Positions 49,471 through 59,433 of a stretch of DNA of 64,000 nucleotides are shown in pieces; within the stretch, counting starts at the first letter, position 1; every line of letters begins with the position of its first letter. The DNA lies in assembly GCA_040755995.1 (NCBI GenBank), contig JBFMAF010000035.1:192001-256000 (forward strand). The letters are read 5' to 3'. The position numbers and the translations under genes were made by a program. The notes under the pieces were generated by a model. That model was not told where the DNA came from. It saw nothing but the letters and a program-made list of their open reading frames with translations, and ran no database searches. This DNA is from Acidobacteriota bacterium. Its GTDB lineage: Bacteria > Acidobacteriota > CAIWXX01.

Positions 49471-50979
49471 TCAGAACCGGATCACAGCTTCGACGCGCAC
49501 GCCTCCGAACGCCGGAACGTACTTGCAAACCCCGCCCGAGCACTTGGTGCCGCCGCGGGTCTCTCCCGCGAAGATGCTCAGCAGATGCCGCTTCATCAGC
49601 TTGATCTCAGCCTGAGCATAGTAGAAGTTCTCCTTCCCATTCTCGAAGAGCTCGCTTGGAAGGTTGGAGCTTTCCCAGACACCCGCCAGCGAGAACAACT
49701 GGGATTTGGCGATGGAGACCGCGAGCTTGTTCCGCTGGTACTGGACGTAGTCGCCGTCGAGCTGCGCCCGCCGGTATTCGACCGTGCTGCTGAAGGCCCA
49801 CGGGAGCGGCACCTCCAGGAAGGCACGACCGTAGGTCGTCGGCCCTGAGAATTGGAAGTAGTAGCCGCCCCCGTCCTCTTGTCGCCTTCCGAGAGAGGCT
49901 TCGATGTGAAACCCGCTCTCGAACGACCGCTCGTAGCCGAGCGCGTAGGCGTCGATCTGTCGTGCATATGCCGGATACGGCGGGCGGCGCGACGCGCGTT
50001 GCGCATAATGCGCGTAATAGCCGGAGAAAATGTCAGGACCTCGCGTGTAGTCAGCCCGGATTCTGGCCGCCTGCAGGTTCTCGCGATCGACGGCGAAGAA
50101 GTCGGCCAGAAGCTCTTCGCTCTGCACCTCCAGGATGGGTGGCGTACTGTACTGGAAGAAGTAGTCTTTCAGCGACTCGTACTCCGTCGTGATCGACAGA
50201 TCGCCCGTGTGCACCGCGGCCTCTACATATGCTGCCTGTCCGTTGGTTGCGCCATTCGGGTAAGGGCGCGAGAAGGATGACCCGGCCAACTCGATGTAGA
50301 TTTCCACCGCGCCATCAGGATCCTGCAGCGTCACATTCAGGCCAGCCGTGTCGACGTCGCGATCCTCGTCCTTCATCCTGGCCTTCACGGCGCTCGCGCC
50401 TGTGCCCAGCCACCGGGCGAGCCTCAGCGACACTGTTCCACCGTAGATGTCATCGCCTGCCGCGGTGCTCCCGCGCACGCGCCCGCCGACAGCCTCCGCC
50501 TGGATTCTCTCGCCGAGGTACCTCAGGCGCCCCCCTCGGATCGTGTCGTCAACCTGGTTCTCCATGCCGTAGCTCTCGTGGGTCTTTACTACACTGAGGG
50601 CGGTGCCGCGGCCAAACGCGGCAAAGAAGTCACCCGCCGTTGCCGTGAGCGCGCTGCCCCTGTACTCCAGGTACCACTTGTGCACCTCGGCATCCGAGTC
50701 ACTCCGGTCAAATGCGTTGATGTCCAGCTGAATCCCGCCGATCACGGGGCCGCGCGACAGATCAAGAATAGTCCTCGAATAGAATTCCCACCGGTCGTGA
50801 TCCGGTGCGTGCGTGCGTTCGAGAAACGAGTCGCTGAACGAGCGGTACAACAGCGTCGTGCTCCCCTGGATCGAGAAAGGTATCCCGGCCAATTCCGTTG
50901 CGAATGAGATGTTCTGGGTAAGAAGGGTGCCGGCGACGAATGCGCAGGATGCGCCGAACAGGGCGGCCGGTTGCTTCAT
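49471..50979 (-). CDS. DUF6029-like outer-membrane protein
   Basis: AGDFFAAFGRG, C-terminal GETRGGTKCSGGVCKYVPAFGGVRVEAVIRF with terminal Phe. Confidence 0.75.
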   Translation of the reverse strand: MKQPAALFGASCAFVAGTLLTQNISFATELAGIPFSIQGSTTLLYRSFSDSFLERTHAPDHDRWEFYSRTILDLSRGPVIGGIQLDINAFDRSDSDAEVHKWYLEYRGSALTATAGDFFAAFGRGTALSVVKTHESYGMENQVDDTIRGGRLRYLGERIQAEAVGGRVRGSTAAGDDIYGGTVSLRLARWLGTGASAVKARMKDEDRDVDTAGLNVTLQDPDGAVEIYIELAGSSFSRPYPNGATNGQAAYVEAAVHTGDLSITTEYESLKDYFFQYSTPPILEVQSEELLADFFAVDRENLQAARIRADYTRGPDIFSGYYAHYAQRASRRPPYPAYARQIDAYALGYERSFESGFHIEASLGRRQEDGGGYYFQFSGPTTYGRAFLEVPLPWAFSSTVEYRRAQLDGDYVQYQRNKLAVSIAKSQLFSLAGVWESSNLPSELFENGKENFYYAQAEIKLMKRHLLSIFAGETRGGTKCSGGVCKYVPAFGGVRVEAVIRF

Positions 50980-51006
50980 GGCAGCCAGGTGAGGCAGGCC
51001 CGCGGG

Positions 51007-51507
51007 CTACGGCCCGAGCAGCTCCATGACGTCCTTCTCGACCTGCTTTTCGTCCCCGGCCGAGTACCCCTGGTACATTCGTCGTATCCTGCCTTCACGG
51101 TCGACGAGCATTGTGAGGGGAAGGGACTTCTCCGGCGCATACAGTCTCGCGACCTCGGCCTTGCTGTCGAGCAGGATCGGGAACGTCAGCTTGTAGCGCC
51201 GCACGTGAGCTCGGATCTTGGCGACGTCCCCGGGCTCATCGATGCTGATCCCGGCTACGAGCAGCCCACGCTCGCCCAGCCGCTCGTAGAGCCGCTGCAG
51301 ATGAGGGTGCTCGCGCGCGCACGGCTCGCACCACGTCGCGAAGAACGTGATCAGGAGAACGCCCTTGCCGAGATGCTCGTTCAGCACGAACTTCCGGCCG
51401 TCGAGGGTTGGGAGCGTGAAGTTGGGCATCCGGTCGGCCGCCTGTGCCACAGCCGCGAAGAGGCCGAGCAGTGTCAGCAGAAGAGTCACTCTGCCCGGCA
51501 CGGTCAT
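51007..51507 (-). CDS. TlpA-family thiol-disulfide oxidoreductase
   Basis: Signal peptide, PNFTLPTLDG, FFATWCEPC, LP.T.LVDREG. Confidence 0.9.
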   Translation of the reverse strand: MTVPGRVTLLLTLLGLFAAVAQAADRMPNFTLPTLDGRKFVLNEHLGKGVLLITFFATWCEPCAREHPHLQRLYERLGERGLLVAGISIDEPGDVAKIRAHVRRYKLTFPILLDSKAEVARLYAPEKSLPLTMLVDREGRIRRMYQGYSAGDEKQVEKDVMELLGP

Positions 51508-51539
51508 TTGCCACCCGCACGGGGTGCGCAGTCCGGCGT

Positions 51540-52409
51540 TCACTTGCTGAGCGCCTGAACGATCGCCGGCTCGATCTTGCTGTCCGGGAAGCCGACGTCT
51601 TTGTACACGATCGTCTGCTTCCGGTCGATCACCACGTTCAGCGGGATGTAGCCATCGTCGTTGTAGAGGTCCCACGCGAGCTCGTTCGTGTCGGCGAGGA
51701 CCGGGAACTGGAGTCCGTAGCTCTTCGCCCACGTCGAGCAGTCCGCTTGATCCGGCGGGTTGCCGTTGTAGTCCTCTATCAGCACGCTGAGAATGACGAA
51801 TCCGCGATCCCGGTATTTCTCAAAAAGCGCCTCTGCTTCGCTCGCCTCATCCTGGCAGGGGCCGCACCACATCGCGGACAGATCGAGCAGCACCACCTTC
51901 CCGGCGTAGTCCCTAAGCGACCTCGCAGCTCCATCCTGGTCCGTCAGCGTGAAATTGATCGCCTGCTGTCCGACCTGAGTGCCCGGCGTCGGAAGTACGA
52001 TCTGCTTCGTGCCGCTGAAGTTGCCCGCCGCATCGCGCAGCTTCACGTTCAGCTTGACATACCTGCTCTGGTCGCAGGCTACCTGGATCTTGACGGTGTC
52101 CGTTCCGGTGGCGAGCTGGTACTTCGGCTTGGTGAGCTGCACGCTGACTTCGCTCGTGGACCCCGAGGACCGCACTATGACGACCTTCAGGAACCCATTC
52201 CGGAGATTCAGCCCCATGTCCGAGAACGTGAACTTCAAGGCGACGGTGGTCGTCTTGCCCTGAGAGATCACGGTGGGCGCGGCCGTGATGGTCTTGATCA
52301 CCGGGATGTCACCGGCGACCGGCGCTTCCGAGGCCCGGGCCGCCGGGACCAAAGCGAGCGCAATCAGCGTTCCCAGAGAGGCCAACCTCCGAAGTGTGCA
52401 TACGACCAT
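51540..52409 (-). CDS. Secreted redoxin (TlpA-like) with extra N-terminal beta domain
   Basis: Signal peptide, basic beta-rich domain, NFTLTDQDG, SAMWCGPC, YIPLNVVID; AAGGAG RBS. Confidence 0.85.
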   Translation of the reverse strand: MVVCTLRRLASLGTLIALALVPAARASEAPVAGDIPVIKTITAAPTVISQGKTTTVALKFTFSDMGLNLRNGFLKVVIVRSSGSTSEVSVQLTKPKYQLATGTDTVKIQVACDQSRYVKLNVKLRDAAGNFSGTKQIVLPTPGTQVGQQAINFTLTDQDGAARSLRDYAGKVVLLDLSAMWCGPCQDEASEAEALFEKYRDRGFVILSVLIEDYNGNPPDQADCSTWAKSYGLQFPVLADTNELAWDLYNDDGYIPLNVVIDRKQTIVYKDVGFPDSKIEPAIVQALSK

Positions 52410-52605
52410 CACGGTTGCTCCTTTCCGCAAATGCTCTGCCCGACGCAGGCCAGTATAGCGAAACGGTGCGCCATCCCTCAAGCGAAATGAAGCGCCTGGG
52501 CCCTCCGCTGCAAGAACTGTGACACGCGTCACAGCGGCATGTAACTTAAACCAAACTGGGAACCACACGGTCTATATAGACAAGGCCGTTGCGAGGAGGA
52601 ATGAC

Positions 52606-53466
52606 ATGATCTTGAAAGCGCTGCACGCGATCGCTCTCCTGGGAGTCCTGACAAGCGCAGTGTCAGCAAGACCCGCGGATCTCTCGCCGTGGGAATCCGA
52701 CCAGGTGGCTGCCCAGGTCCGGTCGCTGAACATCGTCAATCAACTCAATCTCACGCCAGCCCAGCTGGACCAGATCATCCCGCTCGCTCAGCAGGACGTG
52801 ACCGAGCGAAGCGCGCTCGTGCAGAGACGCGAGGCGGCTGAGCCGCAGCTGCTGGCCGCCGCTTCACGCCTGCGCGAGGAGCTCAAGGACGGGTTCAACA
52901 CGACACCCGCGGCCGAGCAGGAATGGCACCGCGTCCACGGCCCGCTGCTCGACATGTTCCTGGACTACAGGCAGCATCGCGACGAGCGAATCACCGCCGC
53001 GATGCAGGTCCTGACTCCCAACCAGCTCGCCCTGATCTCGCGTTTCAAGCCCTGCGTAGTGCCGATCAAGGACTACCGTGACCCGGCCCGCATCGGGCAG
53101 GCGTCAGCCGGGTCGAGGATCGAGGAGGGGCTCGAGCGTCTGCGGGAGATCCCCGAGCCACTGTTCCAGAGAATCCGGCCTCGCTTGCACGAGCGTCTCT
53201 CCGAGAAGTTGCGCCTCCACTATGACCCTGCCGAGCTGACTCAGAAGGTGCGCGCGTTCGAGCGCGCGGTGAACGAGGTGCGCGCAATGTCAGACCTCGA
53301 TTTCGAGGCCAAGAAGTCGATGATCGCGGAGGAGCTGGCTCCGGCCGAGCACGCTGCGGAGGGGCAGGAGCTGCGCGGGCGCACAGGCGAGTTCCTGTTG
53401 TCCCCAGAGGGGCTCGATGTCCTGGAAACGAAGCGCGCACTCGTGAAATCGGGCGAGTCACGATGA
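52606..53466 (+). CDS. Secreted helical protein with LTxxQ (Spy/CpxP-like) motifs
   Basis: GAGGAG RBS, signal peptide, LNLTPAQ and VLTPNQ; stop overlaps next start (ATGA). Confidence 0.7.
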   Translation: MILKALHAIALLGVLTSAVSARPADLSPWESDQVAAQVRSLNIVNQLNLTPAQLDQIIPLAQQDVTERSALVQRREAAEPQLLAAASRLREELKDGFNTTPAAEQEWHRVHGPLLDMFLDYRQHRDERITAAMQVLTPNQLALISRFKPCVVPIKDYRDPARIGQASAGSRIEEGLERLREIPEPLFQRIRPRLHERLSEKLRLHYDPAELTQKVRAFERAVNEVRAMSDLDFEAKKSMIAEELAPAEHAAEGQELRGRTGEFLLSPEGLDVLETKRALVKSGESR

Positions 53467-54635
53467 TCCGGCCCATGCCGCTGCGGCGCCGCGAGTTCAT
53501 CCGGCGCGCCTGCGCCGCCGGAGCAGGCATCTGCCTCGCTTGCGCGCGGCCGTTCGCGAGGCCGGCGGTGGCCGAGGCCGCCGGTCGCGAAGCGCGCTAC
53601 TACAGGCGCTTGTCAGGAGGAAGGGTCCACTGCTACCTGTGCCCGTGCAACCCATCGATGCAGGCATGTGGGGTCCTGGAAGACGGCGAGACCTGCTGGT
53701 GCCACGTGAGGACGAATCGTGCCGGCCGGCTCTACGTCACCAACTACGCGCGCCTCGCCGCGATCCACATCGACCCTGTGGAGAAGAGCCCTCTGTATCA
53801 CGTAATGCCGGGGGCGAAGGTCATGGCCGTGGCAGCGCCCGGTTGCAGCCTCGCTTGCATCTGCTGTCAGAATTGGGAGATGTCGCAGGTCGGGGTCGAC
53901 GATCTGGAGACGATCGAGGCGTCTCCGAGTGAGATCGTCGATCGAGCCGTCCAGACGCGATCCACCGGCATCGCGTTCACGTACACGGAGCCCGTGGTGT
54001 ATTTCGAGTATGTGGTCGACACCGCCGCCATCGCGCGCAAACGCGGCCTGCGGGTTCTCGTCTCCACGGGCGGTTACATCACCACCGAGCCGTTGCGCGA
54101 ACTCTGCCGGTATGTGGACGCATTCTCGGTGAGCGTGAAGGGGTTCAGTGAGAAGTTCTACCTGGACAACTGCCGCGGGAGTTTCAAGGTGGTGCTGGAG
54201 AGTCTGAGGACGATCCGGGAGGAAGGGGTGTGGCTCGAGATCCCGGTTCTGATTATCCCCGGCCTCAGCGACAGGATCCAGGATGTGTCGTGGTTCTGTG
54301 GTTGGGTGAGGGACAATCTGGGCACGGAGGTACCGGTCCACTTCATTCGATTCTCGCCGGCGTACCGTCTGCAGAACCTGTCGCCGACCCCTGTGCGTGT
54401 TCTGGAGGCGGCGCGGACGGCGGCGACCAGGGCAGGCCTTCGGTACGCGTACATTGGCAACGTCCCCGGCCACGACGCGAACAACACCAACTGCCCGTCC
54501 TGCGGCCGGCTGCTGATCCAGCGTCTGGGCTTTCAGACCATCGGCAACGCGCTGGTTCCGGCGCGCAATGCTGGATCGCCGCAGCACGACTCGTGCCCGG
54601 CGTGCGGGCAGCAGATCCCGGGCCTCTGGCGCTGA
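53463..54635 (+). CDS. amrS: AmmeMemoRadiSam system radical SAM enzyme with Tat-like signal
   Basis: RRREFIRRACAAG; CYLCP..C...C.CHVR, DPVEKSPLYH, GCSLACICCQNWEMSQ, AFTYTEP, YIGNVPGH, CPSCG. Confidence 0.9.
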   Translation: MIRPMPLRRREFIRRACAAGAGICLACARPFARPAVAEAAGREARYYRRLSGGRVHCYLCPCNPSMQACGVLEDGETCWCHVRTNRAGRLYVTNYARLAAIHIDPVEKSPLYHVMPGAKVMAVAAPGCSLACICCQNWEMSQVGVDDLETIEASPSEIVDRAVQTRSTGIAFTYTEPVVYFEYVVDTAAIARKRGLRVLVSTGGYITTEPLRELCRYVDAFSVSVKGFSEKFYLDNCRGSFKVVLESLRTIREEGVWLEIPVLIIPGLSDRIQDVSWFCGWVRDNLGTEVPVHFIRFSPAYRLQNLSPTPVRVLEAARTAATRAGLRYAYIGNVPGHDANNTNCPSCGRLLIQRLGFQTIGNALVPARNAGSPQHDSCPACGQQIPGLWR

Positions 54636-54971
54636 GCACTTTGCCGCTTCAGCGCCGGAACTCTTGCGAAGTACACGTCATCCACGGAAGCCGCTGGAAG
54701 CGAAGAGTGGCCACGCAACGTAATTTCGGGCGACCGGGTGAGCCACAACATGACTCCCTTCTGGGGGTCAGCTAGCCGCGAATCGAACTGAAGGATTTCC
54801 CTCGGCACGCGCTCGCGGTCGATCTCGGAGGAAGATTCGATATCGACTTCTCCAGACATGCTCGCAGGATCTTGGATTGCCGGTTTGGTGTCAATTGCTG
54901 CCGCCCTCCAGTTGCTGAAGCCGCTGAGGAGGACGTGTAACGTGGTAGAATTGGTTCTGTGAGGTGGTGAG

Positions 54972-55208
54972 ATGACGACAGCGGTCAAGGCAGTCTACGA
55001 GGACGGTGTGTTCAAGCCTAAGGAACCCGTGCAGCTGGAGGAGCACGCCGAGGTGGAGGTGATGATCCCTGCCCATGTGCCTGTGGACGACGACGATCCC
55101 ACGGGCTGGAGGGCGGCCGAGGAGATGGTCGGCTGCATTACTGAGGAACTGGTCGGCGAAGACGTCGCCGTCAACCACGACCGATACATCTACCGCCGCG
55201 ACCCGTGA
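54972..55208 (+). CDS. Antitoxin, AF2212/DUF104-like
   Basis: VKAVYEDGVFKP.EPV.L; C-terminal DVAVNHDRYIY; overlaps toxin start (GTGA). Confidence 0.8.
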   Translation: MTTAVKAVYEDGVFKPKEPVQLEEHAEVEVMIPAHVPVDDDDPTGWRAAEEMVGCITEELVGEDVAVNHDRYIYRRDP

Positions 55209-55636
55209 TCTTCGTCGACACCGGGTTCTTCTTCGCGCTGTTCGCAATCGAGGAGCGCGCCAGGCACACGCAGGCCCGGCAGCTTCTCTCAACCATGCGG
55301 GGACGCAAACTCTCCGATATGTTGATCACGACAGACCACATTGTGCTTGAGACCCTCACGCTCATTCAGACGACGGTGAAGCGGAACGCTCATGCGCGCG
55401 CGGTCTTCGTGGGTGAGAAGCTGTATGCCGAGCGGCTTGCCCGAATCTACCGAACCAACTTCGAGGAGCAGGTGGAGGCCTTCGCCTATCTCAAGCAGCA
55501 TCGGGACAAGCCCTTTAGCGCGGTCGACTGTTTGAGTTTCGTGGTGATGCTCAAACTCGGCATCCAGGAAGCATGGACTTTCGATGGGCACTTCACGCAC
55601 CGCTTCGTCGCGCGCCCTGGCCCGAAGCAGAAGTAG
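55205..55636 (+). CDS. vapC: Type II TA toxin, VapC/PIN domain
   Basis: MIFVDTG, TTDHIVLET, FSAVDCLSFVVM, AWTFDGHF. Confidence 0.9.
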   Translation: MIFVDTGFFFALFAIEERARHTQARQLLSTMRGRKLSDMLITTDHIVLETLTLIQTTVKRNAHARAVFVGEKLYAERLARIYRTNFEEQVEAFAYLKQHRDKPFSAVDCLSFVVMLKLGIQEAWTFDGHFTHRFVARPGPKQK

Positions 55637-55745
55637 TCTCCCGGACACCCCCACATTCGCCCAGGATAGCCGCTGGATTGGTCTAACCAGCAATCTACCG
55701 CCCTCGTCCTTGCATCATGCGATCATGACCGCACGACGGCCCTTC

Positions 55746-55763
55746 AATCTGCAATCTGAAATC
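55746..55763. repeat. Short heptamer tandem repeat
   Basis: AATCTGC AATCTGA AATC directly after the comM stop. Confidence 0.4.
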
Positions 55764-55764
55764 C

Positions 55765-57276
55765 TCACAGGTACCGGTCGATGCTGCGCATTTGGATCGC
55801 CTCGGCCACGTGATGGTGCGAGATGTGGTCGGCATTCTCCAGGTCGGCGATCGTCCGGCTGACGCGCAGGATGCGGTTGTAGGCTCTGGCGCTTATGCCG
55901 ACCTGCCTGGAGGCCGCATCGAGCAGCGACATGATTCGGTCGTCCACCACGCAGTGTTTCTTGATGCCGCGGCTGTCCAGCCGGGCGTTGACGCGAGCGG
56001 TCCGGGATCGCTTCGCCTGAACGTCCCGAGCGGTACGGACCCGCTGCCGGATAGCGGTGGACGCCTCGCCCGAGCGCTCCGCGCGGAGCTCCTTCAGGTT
56101 CACAGCGGGCACTTCCAGCTGGATGTCGATGCGGTCGAGTATCGGGCCGCTGATGCGGCCGAAGTATTTCTGCCGCTGCAGCGGCGTGCAGGCGCACGTT
56201 CGCGTAGGGTCTCCGAAATAGCCGCACGGGCAGGGATTCACGGCAGCCACGAGCATGAACCGGCATGGGAACGTGAGCGATTGCTGCGCGCGCGAGATCG
56301 TGACGATGCCGTCTTCGAGCGGCTGCCTGAGCCCCTCAAGCGCAGCCCTCGAGAACTCGACGAATTCGTCCAGGAAAAGAACCCCGTTGTGGGCCAGGCT
56401 GACCTCGCCCGGCTTCGGATGTCCGCCTCCGCCGATGAGTCCGGCGTCTGAGACGGTGTGATGCGGAGCTCTGAACGGGCGCGTTCGGACGGCGCCCCTG
56501 CCGTCGGTTAGACCTGCGGCAGAGTAGATCTTCGTGCACTCGATGATTTCATCGAGGCACATCGGTGGCATGATCGAAGGCAGGCGGCGGGCGAGCATCG
56601 TCTTGCCTGCGCCCGGAGGTCCGACCAGCAGGACGTTGTGACCGCCGGCCGCGGCTATCTCCATGGCTCGCTTGGCCGTCTCCTGGCCCTTCACATCCTG
56701 GAAGTCCTCGACCGGAGAATCTTCTGCCGCCGGAGCCGGGTCGGGTCGCGAGATCTCGGCAGCCTGCCCCGACAGCACGGCAATGACCTCGGAGAGGTGC
56801 CTGGCGGCGAGCACCGCGACACCGTCCACCAGAAGCGCTTCGGCTGCGTTCTCGGCCGGAAGGATGATGCCCCGGAGCCCGCGGTCGCGCGCCAGCACCG
56901 CGGAAGCGAGAGCGCCGCGCACTGGGCGGAGGCAGCCGTCGAGAGCGAGCTCGCCCGAGAGCAGGTAGTCGCCGACGCGTGGGAGGTCGGCCACACCGGA
57001 GGCCAGCAGAATTCCGATGGCGATCGGGAGGTCGAACGAGCCGCCTTCCTTGCGCAGCTCCGCCGGCGCGAGATTCACCGTGATTCGGGATGAAGCCAGT
57101 TTCAGCCCCGAGTTCTTGCAGGCGCTGATGATCCGCTCGCGGCTCTCACGCACCGTCGCATCGGGCAGGCCGACGACGGTGTAGTAGGGAAAGCCGGAGC
57201 TTGTCGAATCCACCTCGACCTCGACCAGCACGGCGTCGATGCCGACGAGCGTCGATGTTATCGTCTTGGCCAGCAT
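55765..57276 (-). CDS. comM: YifB/ComM Mg-chelatase-like AAA+ ATPase
   Basis: VGLPDATVRES, NLAPAELRKEG, GPPGAGKT, FRAPHHT, LAHNGVLFLDE, NPCPCG. Confidence 0.93.
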   Translation of the reverse strand: MLAKTITSTLVGIDAVLVEVEVDSTSSGFPYYTVVGLPDATVRESRERIISACKNSGLKLASSRITVNLAPAELRKEGGSFDLPIAIGILLASGVADLPRVGDYLLSGELALDGCLRPVRGALASAVLARDRGLRGIILPAENAAEALLVDGVAVLAARHLSEVIAVLSGQAAEISRPDPAPAAEDSPVEDFQDVKGQETAKRAMEIAAAGGHNVLLVGPPGAGKTMLARRLPSIMPPMCLDEIIECTKIYSAAGLTDGRGAVRTRPFRAPHHTVSDAGLIGGGGHPKPGEVSLAHNGVLFLDEFVEFSRAALEGLRQPLEDGIVTISRAQQSLTFPCRFMLVAAVNPCPCGYFGDPTRTCACTPLQRQKYFGRISGPILDRIDIQLEVPAVNLKELRAERSGEASTAIRQRVRTARDVQAKRSRTARVNARLDSRGIKKHCVVDDRIMSLLDAASRQVGISARAYNRILRVSRTIADLENADHISHHHVAEAIQMRSIDRYL

Positions 57277-57347
57277 GCCATCCCGTCCTTGCCTTCACGA
57301 GGCGCCGGCCAAGCTGCACCAAATGGCGAGGCACGGCCTCGCCGAAA

Positions 57348-59201
57348 CTACTTCTTGCCCCGATAGATGGTCAGTCTGTCCCCCGGGTAGATCGCCCGGC
57401 TGCTCGATAGCCCGTTGAGGCTCATGATGGACTCGACGGTCGTCCGGTAGTTGCTGGCAATCCGGCCGAGCGTGTCGCCCTTCCTCACTAGATAGGTTAC
57501 CTTTTCATAGGAGGACGTACCGGACGAGGCAGTAGACCCTGACGTCGACGCGCTGCCGACGACGAGCCTGTCTCCGGGGTGGATCAGCGTGGACCTGAGC
57601 CCGTTCTTCGCCATGAGTGCCGCAGGTGACAGATCGAATGCGCGGGCGATGGTGTAGATCGTGTCTCCGCTCCGCACGATGTAGACCTTGCCGGTTGCGG
57701 TGGTGCTGGCGGTCCGTGTGGAGGTATAAGAGCTGCTGGAGCCTCCGGCTTGGGCTATGAGCTTTGCGCCCATTGGGATGATTATCCTGCTGCCTGCTGC
57801 GACCTCCGGCTTCTCCAGCGAGTTGGCCTGTAATATGGCCGTGACGCTCGTGCCGTACTGGCTAGCCAACTTCGTCAGCGTGTCGCCCGCCTCGATCGTC
57901 CTCAGCCTCCAGGTGACGCGCTTATCCGCCGGGATCATGGCGAAGTTTGCGGCGAAGGTCTCGCTGCAATGAACGGGCAGTCGCAACGGGTAGTTGGTCA
58001 CCCCCTTGGGCGTCGTCAGACGCCGAAGCTCCGGGTTCAGCGCCTGCACCTCGGACAGGGTCGTATCGGCGCACTCCGCCACAAGCCGCAGATCGGTAGT
58101 CGTCGGCACGGTGATCGTCTCGAACTCGACCGGCCTGTCAGGGGCGATGGCAAAGCCGTATTTCTCCTGGTTCTTCGCGATGAGCATTCCGGCAAGGATT
58201 GCCGGCACATAGTTCTTGGTCTCTATCCTGAGGTACTTGCTCTCGGCCAGCTCCCAGAATGTGGTCTTGCCCGTCTTGTTCAGGGCGTACTCGACCTTCT
58301 TCTCGCCTGCGTTGTACGCGGCCATCGCCAGGTACCAGTCGCCGAACATGGCGTAGAGGTCGCGGAGATAGGCGGCGGCGGCACGCGTCGCCTTCTCGGG
58401 ATCCGACCGTTCATCGACCCACCAATCGCTCTTCAGCCCGTACCGCTTGCCTGTACCGGAGATGAACTGCCACATGCCCATGGCCTTTGCGCGGCTGTAT
58501 GCGTGAGGCTTGAACGAGCTTTCGATCAGCACCATGTAGGCGAGATCCTGCGGCATTCCTTCCTCTTTCAGAATCCCGCGGATGAGGTCCAAATAGCGGC
58601 CGCTTCTCCAGAGCCCGCCCTCGATCTCGTCGCGCCGCCGGTTCTGGAATGAGCTGATGAAAGCCAGCACCTTCGAGTTGACGGTCACCGGGATATCGTA
58701 ATCGGCCGGGTCGATCTCCCCCTCGATCCTCTGAATGAGCTCGCTGGTCTCCGGCGCGCTCGGCGGCTCTTCGACTGGAGCGTCAAGCTCGTCGATCGAC
58801 GCCGGCTCCAGCGGCACCTCCGTGAATCCGTCGCCCTCCTTGAACGCCGCCAGCTCGCGGTTCCGTATCTCGGTGACATACTCTTCAAACGCGGCGTTCA
58901 GCCGCGGATCTTCCGTCGGGCTCACGCTGGAGGTCAGGAACGCGTCGATACAGAGATCAAAGTCGCGCCTGGCCTTGTCCAGATGACCGTTCACGAACTC
59001 CTCGTCCCCCATCTCGAAGTAGTACTTGGCGGTGTCCAGGATATCCCTGATCCGCGCCTCGTCGGGGCTCATCAGGGTCTCCGGAGGGATCGCCGGAGCC
59101 GTAACGTCGGGGCCCTTCGTTCTCACGGCTCCCCCGCCGCAAGAGACCGTCACCGCGGCCCCGATCAGAAGAACAAGATACTGGCGTATCCGTCGCACCA
59201 T
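57348..59201 (-). CDS. mltD: Membrane-bound lytic murein transglycosylase D-like lipoprotein (SLT + 3 LysM)
   Basis: Lipobox TVSC, IESSF, AMGMWQF, AAYNAG, ETKNYVP, three GDT(L/I) LysM repeats. Confidence 0.9.
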   Translation of the reverse strand: MVRRIRQYLVLLIGAAVTVSCGGGAVRTKGPDVTAPAIPPETLMSPDEARIRDILDTAKYYFEMGDEEFVNGHLDKARRDFDLCIDAFLTSSVSPTEDPRLNAAFEEYVTEIRNRELAAFKEGDGFTEVPLEPASIDELDAPVEEPPSAPETSELIQRIEGEIDPADYDIPVTVNSKVLAFISSFQNRRRDEIEGGLWRSGRYLDLIRGILKEEGMPQDLAYMVLIESSFKPHAYSRAKAMGMWQFISGTGKRYGLKSDWWVDERSDPEKATRAAAAYLRDLYAMFGDWYLAMAAYNAGEKKVEYALNKTGKTTFWELAESKYLRIETKNYVPAILAGMLIAKNQEKYGFAIAPDRPVEFETITVPTTTDLRLVAECADTTLSEVQALNPELRRLTTPKGVTNYPLRLPVHCSETFAANFAMIPADKRVTWRLRTIEAGDTLTKLASQYGTSVTAILQANSLEKPEVAAGSRIIIPMGAKLIAQAGGSSSSYTSTRTASTTATGKVYIVRSGDTIYTIARAFDLSPAALMAKNGLRSTLIHPGDRLVVGSASTSGSTASSGTSSYEKVTYLVRKGDTLGRIASNYRTTVESIMSLNGLSSSRAIYPGDRLTIYRGKK

Positions 59202-59218
59202 CTCTTTCCTGCCGAAAG

Positions 59219-59248
59219 CTTATACCATGCAACAGTTCGATCGGTCAA
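59219..59248 (-). promoter_or_regulatory. Possible sigma70 promoter of mltD
   Basis: Minus strand TTGACC-N18-TATAAG with extended TG and an upstream A-tract. Confidence 0.5.
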
Positions 59249-59433
59249 AAGTTTTTTTCGGGTTTTCGGCGTGCGGCCTACGCCGAGTCAGATGCATCGG
59301 CCCCACGTGGGCCGGAATTCGGAAGGAGAAAAACGGCCAAGACCAGAAAGCCGCGCCTGGGCTGTATCACCCTTCACCTTGCACCATTCAGAGCCGGTGG
59401 CGCCGGCGGCCGCCGGCCGCGGAGACCCCGTGC

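Noticed and set aside
51007..52409. Selenocysteine in the thioredoxin-like genes
   Set aside because: Both have ordinary CxxC motifs with no in-frame TGA
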